Positions 27,887-37,104 of a DNA stretch of 57,867 nucleotides are shown here, one piece after another. The stretch covers positions 770 to 58,636 of the forward strand of contig JABDEY010000004.1 of assembly GCA_013286805.1 (NCBI GenBank). Direction: 5' to 3'. How positions within the stretch are numbered: position 1 is the first letter of the stretch; every line of letters begins with the position of its first letter. The notes under the pieces are model-generated. The model was not told the DNA's origin and made no database searches. It saw only the letters and a list, made by a program, of their open reading frames with translations. A program made the position numbers and the translations under genes. Origin of the DNA: Bacteroidota bacterium (GTDB lineage: Bacteria; Bacteroidota; Bacteroidia; JABDFU01).

Positions 27887-27960
27887 ATCGAGTTGGAAGA
27901 TAGCCATTTGGTTGACTATCGGTCCTCTTACACCACCGGACGTTTAAAGTGCATACGCAA
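27887..27960 (-). mobile_element. Degenerate 3' end (domain V/VI) of a group II intron, IIC-like
   Basis: Minus strand ACGTCCGGTGGTGTAAGAGGACC-GATAGTC-AACCAAAT-GGCTATC-TTCCAACTCGAT resembles the IIC consensus ACGTACGGTGGTGTGAGAGGAC...CCTACTCGAT. The domain VI stem pairs. No RT ORF nearby. Confidence 0.65.
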
Positions 27961-28029
27961 AAAAATCACTTTGTTACAACCAGTCTCGCAGTTGACACTT
28001 GTCCATCGGCAGTCAGTCTGACCATGTAA

Positions 28030-30600
28030 TTACCTGACGATAACTAACCGCTTATGAATCCTTCTTTCGCTTCCCGATACACAGACATTATAAACCCCCT
28101 GGGCGAGATTTTGGCTGTCGATGGTTGCTTTTGATGAGTTGAGTATCTGTGTGAGGACCAGTTTGCCTGTGACGTCAAAAATTTGCAAGGTTTGTCTTTC
28201 GGTTGAATTGGATTGCACATTGAAATTTTTGTCTGCCGGGTTCGGATAAATACTCAGGTCCGGTGAATTCTTCTTCACCGGATTTATTCCGGACGGTATT
28301 GAAAGGAAATAATTCTTGCTGGTATTGGTAACTACAGGTGCATTGTAATCGAAATAAATAAATGCCGTATTATCGATCACCGTTCCTGAGTTAAGGTTGG
28401 CCAGGGGTTTTATTCTATATTGGAAAAAACCTTTTGAGCCTTGAGAACTTACATTACTGTCAGGTAATTGAATATTGGGAAAACTAACTGAAAGCCGGTT
28501 ATGAATCAGCATTACGGTACATTGATTACTGTAATTACTCATCCGAAATGTTTTCAGGTCCAATCGGCTATCCAGCGAATCTATCACGCGAATATTTTGG
28601 GCAGCGGCAGTTCCTGTATTCTGGAAATGAACTGTATAAGTAAACCAATCCTGAAATCCCGGAGCAACATTCACTGGAATAGTTTCCTTGAAATTAGGAT
28701 CATGAGAGACCTTCACCGGGTAGCAGGCCTGAAAAGTATTGTTGCCAGGATTAATATCTCCTGTAGTCGGAGAAACTGAAATTGAAATGCAGATGGAATC
28801 TCCTTGCTGGGCAGTTGTATCCGTCAAAAGTATCAGGTTAAAAGCGGTTCTATTATTAATGGCTCCAAAGTCCGCAATTGCATAGGTCAACACCTGACCC
28901 GCCACCGCAGGAGTTAATGCTCCTGATGCCGGCCCCACAAATGTAACAGGCCCGCTCAGGCTGATCTGTACCTGCCCGCTGATACCACTTGCACAGTTCA
29001 GTTTATATTGTTGTGTCATGTCCCCGGCAACAATATTCCAGGAAGATTGAAAACCCGGGAACAGCATATTCGTTATTACAATTGACTGAAATCCTACATC
29101 AAACCCCGGCTTACACTTGATTGAAAAATTAATATTCGTATCCAGCAAGCTTGCTGGGACTGTAAAGGCAGAGTCTAATCCCGGATGCGCACACTGAATC
29201 ATAAAATCCATTCCTGTAGTATCAATTCCAACCGTATATGAAGTAGCCGAATCCGGAAAATCATATACCCCATTCAAAGCCGAATAGGTAAGTGCCAAAG
29301 GAGCCATCGTATTTGAAAATAACTGTATTGGGACATTACTCAGTCCAATATCGGGACTGTCTTTTATGCAGTTGCTGTTATTGTCTCTGAATGTAAAGCC
29401 AATTATTCCGGTAGCAATTGGACAACCCCTTGAATTTCCTGCAGAACACAAAGGGAATGCAAGAGTGGCATTATTCATTCCCGGAACATAGCTTGGAAGA
29501 CAGGTAAAAGGGTTATTGGAAATATCAAAATAGTTAGAATCAATCAGGGAATTTGGGAAACGGGGAAAACAGGAAATATTATTATTTTGACAATTTAAAT
29601 ACTGCAAATTGTTTGGCAATGCCGGGAGAGTGGTCAGCTGATTGCTAAAGCATTGAAGGAAACCAAGTGCAGATGGAAGTGCAGGCAATGAGGTTAATTG
29701 ATTATTGAAACAACTCAGTGCACCCAATGAATTTGGCAAAGAAGTCAGAACCGTTAGCAGGTTATTATCGCAATCTAAGTTATTAAGTAAAGGAGGCAAA
29801 GCGGGGAGATTTGTCAACTGATTTGATCCACAGTCTAAATAGTCTAAGGTATCAGGTAATACAGGCAGACTTGTAATTTGATTACCATAACAACTCAGGG
29901 ATTGAAGAAACAAGGGTAAATTAGGCAAATTGGACAATCCATCTTCATCACAATACAGCGTTTGCAGGGAATCAGGCAGCGCTGGAAGGGTAGCTAAATT
30001 ATTACCGGAACATTCCAGATACTGCAAGGAGGATGGAAGGACGGGAAGGTTAGCTAAATTATTTGACATACAATTTAGAAAACTGAGTTTATTCGGCAAA
30101 GCAGGCAAATTCTGTAATTGATTGTAGTCACAATCTAAATGTCTGAGCGAATCCGGCAAAACCGGCAGGCTATCCAGTCGGTTATTATAACATGCTAAAT
30201 ATTGTAAAGTTATTGGCAGAGCAGGTAAACTACTTATTTGATTATTTCCGCAAATTAACGTGTCAAGATTGACCGGAAGAACTGTAAATCCCAAACCTGT
30301 CAATGAGTTGGAGATCGTAGTGGTATCTCCATTGCCACAATCCAAAGTGGTAAGTCCGGTAAAATATTGAATTCCCGTCAGCGATTTAATAGCCTTGTTT
30401 TCAACACGAATTATCCGCAGAGCTTTAACAACAGGATTGGTAGTATCCAATTGATTACCCACCATTGCTGAAGGCACTGTCGTATCCAAATAAGCCGCAA
30501 AATTCGTATCCGGGATCCTAAAGTATTGAGCCTTGCTTGTTGATATTGCACCCAGGCAAATAAGGATGGCTATGAAACCATTAATAGTATATTTTCTCAT
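28030..30600 (-). CDS. T9SS-secreted leucine-rich-repeat protein with Ig-like/DUF11-like domains and a type A CTD
   Basis: Signal peptide, 12 short LRRs, SHDPNFK and YTVHFQNTGTA..GFFQYRIKP modules, C-terminal IYPNPA...IFDVTGKLV...KRLVIVR. Confidence 0.88.
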   Translation of the reverse strand: MRKYTINGFIAILICLGAISTSKAQYFRIPDTNFAAYLDTTVPSAMVGNQLDTTNPVVKALRIIRVENKAIKSLTGIQYFTGLTTLDCGNGDTTTISNSLTGLGFTVLPVNLDTLICGNNQISSLPALPITLQYLACYNNRLDSLPVLPDSLRHLDCDYNQLQNLPALPNKLSFLNCMSNNLANLPVLPSSLQYLECSGNNLATLPALPDSLQTLYCDEDGLSNLPNLPLFLQSLSCYGNQITSLPVLPDTLDYLDCGSNQLTNLPALPPLLNNLDCDNNLLTVLTSLPNSLGALSCFNNQLTSLPALPSALGFLQCFSNQLTTLPALPNNLQYLNCQNNNISCFPRFPNSLIDSNYFDISNNPFTCLPSYVPGMNNATLAFPLCSAGNSRGCPIATGIIGFTFRDNNSNCIKDSPDIGLSNVPIQLFSNTMAPLALTYSALNGVYDFPDSATSYTVGIDTTGMDFMIQCAHPGLDSAFTVPASLLDTNINFSIKCKPGFDVGFQSIVITNMLFPGFQSSWNIVAGDMTQQYKLNCASGISGQVQISLSGPVTFVGPASGALTPAVAGQVLTYAIADFGAINNRTAFNLILLTDTTAQQGDSICISISVSPTTGDINPGNNTFQACYPVKVSHDPNFKETIPVNVAPGFQDWFTYTVHFQNTGTAAAQNIRVIDSLDSRLDLKTFRMSNYSNQCTVMLIHNRLSVSFPNIQLPDSNVSSQGSKGFFQYRIKPLANLNSGTVIDNTAFIYFDYNAPVVTNTSKNYFLSIPSGINPVKKNSPDLSIYPNPADKNFNVQSNSTERQTLQIFDVTGKLVLTQILNSSKATIDSQNLAQGVYNVCVSGSERRIHKRLVIVR
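29563..30282 (-). repeat. Twelve tandem 20-aa (60-bp) LRR units
   Basis: Consensus xLPxxLxxLxCxxNxLxxLP, residues 107-346. Confidence 0.9.
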
Positions 30601-30739
30601 AAGAAGGGGGTATAAAAAGTTTCATCTGATGCTATAAATTATTTCCAAAAAAATTGATTGCTGTAAAGTAACAGCTTGTTTCAGCGTTTGAAATGCTAAC
30701 TTATTGAGTGGCGGTTTTTACGTGTTGAACGGTACTTCT

Positions 30740-31357
30740 TTAACCTAATTTCTTTTTAGGTGGTATCTTATAACCGATTTTCTTTCTATTAGTATATGTC
30801 GGAGCTAAGGCGTCAATTTTTTCTAAAAGGTACTGGAAAGCTTTATTGAGCTTAGTGTCCAGCGCAACTATTTCCTTTTTCATTTCTTTATTTTCAAGTA
30901 TTAATGATCGATATCGGGCAAAGGCTCTCATTATTTCAATGTTAATTTTAACTGCCTTTTCAGAATTTAAAACCGATGAAAGCATTGACACGCCTTGTTC
31001 TGTAAAAACCATTGGGTTTACAGATGAATGTTTCAAATTTGATAACCGGGGCGCCATTTCTATTAAATTTTCCTTTTCTTCTTTGGTTAATTCAAACATG
31101 AAATCTTCAGGAAAACGACTCCTGTTTCTTTTAACTTGCTCTTTTAATCGTTTGGTTTCAGTTTCATACATGGCCGACAAATCAACATCAATCATTACTT
31201 TTACCTCCCTGAATTCAAAAATCAGACTTTCAAATCCTCTAACTGGCAGTAGCTCTTTCATAGTATTATTGGGGCTTTCAGAACTGGTCGCAAATTGCGA
31301 CCAGTTACTATTAGCATTTTTATCGCTGGATTCAAACAAACCTAATATAATTTTCAT
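30740..31357 (-). CDS. ORF6N-domain DNA-binding protein
   Basis: KVMIDVDLSAMYETETKRLKEQVKRNRSRFPEDFMFELT, FTEQGVSMLSSVLNSEKAVKINIEIMRAF, C-terminal RKKIGY. Confidence 0.88.
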   Translation of the reverse strand: MKIILGLFESSDKNANSNWSQFATSSESPNNTMKELLPVRGFESLIFEFREVKVMIDVDLSAMYETETKRLKEQVKRNRSRFPEDFMFELTKEEKENLIEMAPRLSNLKHSSVNPMVFTEQGVSMLSSVLNSEKAVKINIEIMRAFARYRSLILENKEMKKEIVALDTKLNKAFQYLLEKIDALAPTYTNRKKIGYKIPPKKKLG

Positions 31358-31427
31358 TTAACCTTTCTATGTGAATACACTTAGGTGTAACAATGATTGA
31401 AAAGCTTTTCATTACCTTCGTTCCTGT

Positions 31428-33527
31428 ATGCAGTTTATAAATCCTTCCTTTTTATATGCACTGTTTGCGATTGCGATCCCCATCAGTATCCACCTTTTTA
31501 ATTTCAGGCGTTACAAAACAGTTTACTTCACCAATGTCCGTTTTTTAAAGGAGGTTCAGCTTGAAACGAAGTCCAGGTCAAGGCTGAAACATTTGCTGGT
31601 GCTGCTGGCACGTATTCTGGCAATCTGCGCCCTGGTTTTTGCTTTCGCCCAACCATACCTGCCTTCTGATAATAAAAAGATTCTTTCCGGAGAGCAAGTT
31701 GTGAGTATCTATATCGATAATTCTTTCAGCATGGATGCCATTGGCAAAGGTGGACGTTTACTGGACGAAGCAAAGAAAATGGCGGCCGAAATTGCGGGTT
31801 CTCATCGTCAGGGCACACGTTTCCAATTGCTTACGAATGATTTCGAGGGAAAACATCAGCGGCTGGTAAGCAAAGAGGAATTTCTTCAGCTTCTGGAAGA
31901 GCTTAAATTATCTCCTGCCTTTCGAACGATTCAGGAGGTGATTTCCAGACAGGCGGATATACTGAATACTTCGGGGTCTAAAAATAAAACGGCATTTGTT
32001 ATTTCTGATTTTCAGAAAAACATGTTTGCGCTCACGTCTGCTAAAATGGATACCAGTATTAAAATCAATCTGCTCCCTTTGCCAGCTGAGGAACGAAATA
32101 ATCTAAGCATTGATTCCTGCTGGTTTTCGTCTCCTGTCAGAAAAAGAAATCAGATTGAACAATTGTATGTTCGGATAAAAAACTTTTCAGATAAAGATTA
32201 TGAAAATATTCCTGTGAAGCTGTTTATCAATGAGCATCAGAAAACTCCTGCCAGTTTTAATATTAAGGCAAATTCACAGGCGGATATTATGCTGTCCTTT
32301 TCCTTAGCCGAAAGTGGCATTCAAAATGCGCGAATAGAACTGAATGATTTTCCGGTCACGTTTGATGACAAGCTTTATTTTTCCTATTCCATTTTAAAGC
32401 AGATTCCAATACTCACTATTTATGGAGCTGCCAAACCGACAAACGGCATTAAGAGCGGAACGAATGGCGGAGCAAAAGAAACCTCCAATTCTTACCTGAA
32501 TTCCCTGTTTGGAAAGGATTCAGTGATTCAGCTCAGTAATGCAGATGAGAAGCACATCGACTATTCTGCATTGGGTCATTACAGTCTTATTATCCTGAAT
32601 GATATGGAAGCCGTTTCCTCCGGCCTGGCACAGGAACTGAATAAGTTTGTTACAAATGGCGGCAATCTCATCGTATTCCCTGCCGAGCATTCGGATTTGA
32701 ATTCCTACAGGGAATTTTTAGGGGGATTCAACAGCAATTTCTATGAACAAAAAGACACGATACGTACAAAAGTAGGCCAGCTGAATTATGCAGCCAACAT
32801 CTACAGGGATGTATTTGAAAGGAAAACAGAGAACATTGATTTACCGATGGTATTCGCTCATTATGTAATCAGCCGGAATTCAAGGTCTGCGGGTGAAGCT
32901 TTACTTAAGCTCCAGGATGGAAACAGCTTTCTTGAAAGATCTGCTTACGGTAAAGGGCAGCTGTATCTTTTCGCTGTTCCGCTGAACAGTACCTGGAGTA
33001 ATTTTACCAGGCATGCTGTTTTCGTGCCCACGCTGTATCAGGCTGCCCTTTTCAGTCAGCCTCAATTCCAGTTATTCTATCTCATCGGAAGCAATGAGCT
33101 GGCAGAGATAAATGCAACAGCTACCGGTGATGGAGTATTTAAATTGAATCCGGCCGGCGGCAATAAACTGGAGATTATTCCTGAACACAGGGTTGTAGAT
33201 TCCGGGACAACACTTTTTTTTCATGAGCAGGTAAAAGAACCCGGAAATTATGTACTCAGCCTTGACAAAGAAACCCTGATGGGGATTTCCTTTAATTATA
33301 ACAGAAAGGAATCCGATCTGTCTGTATACGGTAAAACGGATTTGGAAAAGCTCATTAGGTCTGCAGGCTGGCCTAATTTCAGAATACTGGATGGAACAAA
33401 TAAAAATTTCAGCACTGTATTGAGTGAACTGGATGAGGGTAAAAAGCTTTGGAAACTTTGTATTATATTAGCATTGATTTTTTTGGCAGCAGAGACAATT
33501 TTGCTTAGGATAAAACCCGGAATTTAG
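31428..33527 (+). CDS. BatA N-terminal-domain / vWA membrane protein
   Basis: FINPSFLYALFAIAIPISIHLFNFRR..FTNVRFL, YIDNSFSM vWA motif, C-terminal TM LWKLCIILALIFLAAE. Confidence 0.87.
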   Translation: MQFINPSFLYALFAIAIPISIHLFNFRRYKTVYFTNVRFLKEVQLETKSRSRLKHLLVLLARILAICALVFAFAQPYLPSDNKKILSGEQVVSIYIDNSFSMDAIGKGGRLLDEAKKMAAEIAGSHRQGTRFQLLTNDFEGKHQRLVSKEEFLQLLEELKLSPAFRTIQEVISRQADILNTSGSKNKTAFVISDFQKNMFALTSAKMDTSIKINLLPLPAEERNNLSIDSCWFSSPVRKRNQIEQLYVRIKNFSDKDYENIPVKLFINEHQKTPASFNIKANSQADIMLSFSLAESGIQNARIELNDFPVTFDDKLYFSYSILKQIPILTIYGAAKPTNGIKSGTNGGAKETSNSYLNSLFGKDSVIQLSNADEKHIDYSALGHYSLIILNDMEAVSSGLAQELNKFVTNGGNLIVFPAEHSDLNSYREFLGGFNSNFYEQKDTIRTKVGQLNYAANIYRDVFERKTENIDLPMVFAHYVISRNSRSAGEALLKLQDGNSFLERSAYGKGQLYLFAVPLNSTWSNFTRHAVFVPTLYQAALFSQPQFQLFYLIGSNELAEINATATGDGVFKLNPAGGNKLEIIPEHRVVDSGTTLFFHEQVKEPGNYVLSLDKETLMGISFNYNRKESDLSVYGKTDLEKLIRSAGWPNFRILDGTNKNFSTVLSELDEGKKLWKLCIILALIFLAAETILLRIKPGI

Positions 33528-33539
33528 ATTTAAATTCAG

Positions 33540-34817
33540 ATGAACGTACTGATTAAAGCAGCCACAGTTGTTGATCCTGGATCACCTTACAACGGGAAAA
33601 CAGTGGATATTCTGATTGAAGATGGATTTATTCAATCCATTGAGAAAACAATTTCGAAAAAGGGTATTCAGGTTGTTGAATCGAAGAACCTTCATGTTTC
33701 TCCGGGATGGTTCGATATGCAGGTGAATCTGTGTGATCCCGGTTTTGAATATAAGGAAGACCTGCATTCGGGAACACAGGCTGCTGCATTTGGCGGATTT
33801 ACAGCTGTTGCCTGCCTCCCCTCAACCCATCCTCCCATTCATACCAAATCGGAGGTGGAGTATGTGATTAATAAAGTAAAAGGACTGAGGAAAAACAGTG
33901 TGGATGTTTTTCCTATTGGTGCGCTCTCCTATGATTTGATGGGCAAAGACATTGCCGAATTGTATGATATGCATTTATCCGGTGCAATCGCCTTTACGGA
34001 TGGGAAAAATACGGACTCCAATGCCGGACTCTTGCTAAGAGGATTACTTTATGCGAAGAATTTCAACGGACTTGTTCTGACTTTCTGTGAGGAACGAAGT
34101 ATTTCACAAGGAGGTGTGATGAATGAAGGCCCTGCCAGTACTAGGCTTGGCTTAAAAGGCATTCCGGCCTTGGCGGAGGAATTGATGGTTGCCCGCAATA
34201 TTTCCATTGCGGAATATACGGAATGTTATATCCATATAGCTTCGGTTTCCACCTCTAAGTCTGTCGATCTTATCCGAAGGGCCAAGTCAAAAAACCTGAA
34301 CATTACGGCCTCTGTTAACGCCTATAGCCTGACACTGGATGACTCTTTGCTGAACACTTTCGAAACCAATTACAAAGTGAGTCCCCCGCTTCGTTCCAAA
34401 ACAGATATAGCTGCTTTAAGGAAGGGGCTGAATGATGGGACCATCGATTGTATCACCTCTGACCATTCCCCTGAAAACATTGAAAATAAATTAATTGAAT
34501 TTGAGCATGCCGCAAACGGAGTTATTGGTCTTGAAACCATGTATGCATTGTTAAATACCCGTTTGGGGAAATCATTGAACACAGAAAAACTGATTGAAAA
34601 GATTGCCATCAATCCACGCAAGTTGTTTCATCTGGAAGTACCCAAAATTAATAAAGAAGAAAGGGCTAATCTGACCTTATTTAACCCTGCACTTGAATGG
34701 ACATTTCAGGATCAGCACGTCCATTCTAAATCGAAGAATACGCCATTACTTGGAACCAAATTTACGGGGAAAGCACTTGGAATTTACAATAATAAAGTAT
34801 TGACTTTATCTACGTAA
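33540..34817 (+). CDS. pyrC: Dihydroorotase-family amidohydrolase
   Basis: PGWFDMQV, AAAFGGFT, NYKVSPPLR, TSDHSP, GLET. The His-x-His site reads DMQV, so metal binding and activity are uncertain. Confidence 0.72.
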   Translation: MNVLIKAATVVDPGSPYNGKTVDILIEDGFIQSIEKTISKKGIQVVESKNLHVSPGWFDMQVNLCDPGFEYKEDLHSGTQAAAFGGFTAVACLPSTHPPIHTKSEVEYVINKVKGLRKNSVDVFPIGALSYDLMGKDIAELYDMHLSGAIAFTDGKNTDSNAGLLLRGLLYAKNFNGLVLTFCEERSISQGGVMNEGPASTRLGLKGIPALAEELMVARNISIAEYTECYIHIASVSTSKSVDLIRRAKSKNLNITASVNAYSLTLDDSLLNTFETNYKVSPPLRSKTDIAALRKGLNDGTIDCITSDHSPENIENKLIEFEHAANGVIGLETMYALLNTRLGKSLNTEKLIEKIAINPRKLFHLEVPKINKEERANLTLFNPALEWTFQDQHVHSKSKNTPLLGTKFTGKALGIYNNKVLTLST

Positions 34818-34869
34818 TCGCTTCGCCGATAACCGTTTACCGATAACCTATCCCCCTTTACCGATTACC

Positions 34870-35610
34870 TTACTTCTTCCCTTCCAGATTTTTAGCTTCG
34901 GACAATGTTATAGGCTTGTTATTATAATAGGCAACTACCACAGCTCCCTGATAGCCACTCTTACTGAGCATATCCTGATTCGCTGAAGCTTCTTCAGGAG
35001 ATTGGTACTGACCGATCAGGTATTTATTCATTCCACTCTCCTTCTCCACATTTACAGCTTCTGATATCTTGAAATTCTTTGAGAAATAGTCCTGAGGCAA
35101 GATGTCTTTTGTTGCAATCAACTGCAGTCTGTAAACAACCACAGATTTTGGTCCAAGCAACTGGGAAAAAATTATTTTGTTTACTTTTCCGGCCACACCT
35201 TTGCTGTTAATATTGAATAAACTTGGAGCAATATCAAAGTTCTCGGTCTTTTCCCCATCCACATAGGAGAATTTTCCGGAAATTGCATAATCACCTTGTT
35301 TTAAAGATTCTGTTTTGACAATATAAGTGACTGTAACTACGCCTTTTTTAGGAAGTACCAACCAGATGAATTTTAATTTGTTACTCTGAATATCAAATGT
35401 ACCCCCTTCTGCTTTTGCATATTTAATTTCAGATCCTTCCGGAATTAATTCTGACAACCGTGCAAAACCCGCTACATCATCTTTGTTGATGGTAATCTCC
35501 ACTTTTACTTCCTTGGCTGAGATTGCCTTGATTGTCCGCTGACAGTCAAGTGCCATCATACTTCCTGTTGCTACTGTAAGAATCAGTGCTGATGCAATTA
35601 TCTTTTTCAT
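34870..35610 (-). CDS. Exported protein with a beta-sandwich domain and a C-terminal SPOR-like domain
   Basis: Signal peptide. C-terminal YRLQLIA...KYLIGQY...A....L..SGYQGAVVVAYYN resembles SPOR. Confidence 0.68.
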   Translation of the reverse strand: MKKIIASALILTVATGSMMALDCQRTIKAISAKEVKVEITINKDDVAGFARLSELIPEGSEIKYAKAEGGTFDIQSNKLKFIWLVLPKKGVVTVTYIVKTESLKQGDYAISGKFSYVDGEKTENFDIAPSLFNINSKGVAGKVNKIIFSQLLGPKSVVVYRLQLIATKDILPQDYFSKNFKISEAVNVEKESGMNKYLIGQYQSPEEASANQDMLSKSGYQGAVVVAYYNNKPITLSEAKNLEGKK

Positions 35611-35679
35611 GGGCCTGGGGTTTTGATTACGTCTAAAGTAATAAAATAAATCGGATTTGCAAATGATTTTGACAGGAAC

Positions 35680-36612
35680 TTATTGCATTCTTGTGCGCTT
35701 CAATAAATAAGGCATTAAAACCTGTTCAAAACCCTGATTTATATCTGCTTCAATGAAATCAATCCTGTACTGACTGCAATGCAGTTTTAGATTACGTTCA
35801 AACTGGCCCATTGCCTGAATGTAATTTTCTTTTACTTCGGTTGGATTCACCTTCAGCTCCTCCCCTGTTTCCAGGTCCACAAACCGATAGGGCCTGTTAT
35901 CGAAATTGAAATCAACTTCCTTGCTCTTATCGACCACGTGGAAAAGGATTACTTCGTGTTTATTGTGCCTGAGATGCTGCAGGGCGGAAAACAGGTCGTC
36001 TGAAGAAAGCCGGGCATCCATCATATCGCTGAAAATAATTACCAGCGATCTTTTATGAATGGCTTCGGCTATCTGATGAAGTGATTCAACGGCAAATGTC
36101 TTTTTTATTTCCCTGACCGGACGATATTGTATCAGCTGTTCCAGCTCATGCAGGATCATTTTCAGATGCACAGGACTTGATTTGGCCGGTGTGTGCATTT
36201 CCAGTTTTTCAGCAAAGACGCTAAGTCCTATGGCATCCCGCTGACGTTTCAATAACTCCATAAGGGCAGCCGCACAATACGCGGAAAAGGTGATTTTATT
36301 CTGCTGTTCTTTCCTCTTTTTCTCATCCACCGGAAAGTACATGGAGGAGGAGTTGTCGATTATGATCTGACAACGGAGATTCGTCTCTTCCTCGAAACGC
36401 TTTACAAATAATTTATCGCTGCGTCCGTATAGCTTCCAGTCGATGTATCTGGTTGACTCCCCTTTGTTATATAACCGGTGTTCAGCAAACTCTACCGAAA
36501 ATCCATGAAACGGGCTCTTATGCAGTCCCGTAATAAACCCTTCAACAACCTGCCTGGCAATAAACTCAAGATGGGAGAATTGCTGAACCTTTTGGGAATC
36601 AAACGTATTCAA
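35680..36612 (-). CDS. DUF58 family protein
   Basis: GLHKSPFHGFSVEFAEHRLY, IDWKLYGRSDK, FEEETNL, IDNSSSM, IFSD. Confidence 0.92.
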   Translation of the reverse strand: MNTFDSQKVQQFSHLEFIARQVVEGFITGLHKSPFHGFSVEFAEHRLYNKGESTRYIDWKLYGRSDKLFVKRFEEETNLRCQIIIDNSSSMYFPVDEKKRKEQQNKITFSAYCAAALMELLKRQRDAIGLSVFAEKLEMHTPAKSSPVHLKMILHELEQLIQYRPVREIKKTFAVESLHQIAEAIHKRSLVIIFSDMMDARLSSDDLFSALQHLRHNKHEVILFHVVDKSKEVDFNFDNRPYRFVDLETGEELKVNPTEVKENYIQAMGQFERNLKLHCSQYRIDFIEADINQGFEQVLMPYLLKRTRMQ

Positions 36613-36616
36613 AATT

Positions 36617-36934
36617 TCAGAGTTGCGCTTTCAGCTTCCCGTCAAGTACGTTCTTTGGTACCGCTCCAACCTGCTTGTCAACGATCTGACCATTTTTGAA
36701 CAACAGCAGAGTTGGTATATTACGAACTCCGAATTGCGCAGAAACAGCCGGATTATTATCTACATTTAGTTTTCCAATAACCGCTTTACCGTCATACTCT
36801 TTAGCGAGCTCTTCTACTACAGGACCCACCATGCGGCAGGGCCCGCACCATTCTGCCCAAAAGTCTACCAATACCGGTTTGTCTGATTTTAATACCAACT
36901 GATCAAAGTTAGCGTCCGTGAATTCTACAGCCAT
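36617..36934 (-). CDS. trxA: Thioredoxin
   Basis: [20 protein letters not shown]. Confidence 0.96.
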   Translation of the reverse strand: MAVEFTDANFDQLVLKSDKPVLVDFWAEWCGPCRMVGPVVEELAKEYDGKAVIGKLNVDNNPAVSAQFGVRNIPTLLLFKNGQIVDKQVGAVPKNVLDGKLKAQL

Positions 36935-36988
36935 AATTTTTTTTATTAAAGTTAAGCTTTTTTTTCAAATTTCCAACCTTGGTTTTAC

Positions 36989-37032
36989 AAGTAACCTGGA
37001 AGTAATCTGTTAAAATTGATGCAAGTAATCTG
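36989..37032 (+). promoter_or_regulatory. Three AAGTAAYCTG direct repeats in the trxA / caspase divergent region
   Basis: Copies start at 36989, 37000 and 37023. A -7 element TACATTTG follows at 37066-37073. Confidence 0.45.
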
Positions 37033-37104
37033 CTGAAAGTGTTGTCAGTTATACACTAAAAAAACTACATTTGCTATGGATTTATAAACTGAAAACCAGA
37101 AATC

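Noticed and set aside
30740-31357. Prophage around the ORF6N gene
   Set aside because: No integrase, structural or replication genes, and the flanks are ordinary chromosomal genes.
34828-34869. CCGATAACC-like motif repeated three times between convergent genes
   Set aside because: Short, irregularly spaced and imperfect. Most likely simple intergenic filler.
31428-36612. Complete MoxR-vWA (Bat) chaperone operon
   Set aside because: The BatA-domain and DUF58 genes are on opposite strands with pyrC between them, and no MoxR ATPase is in the window.
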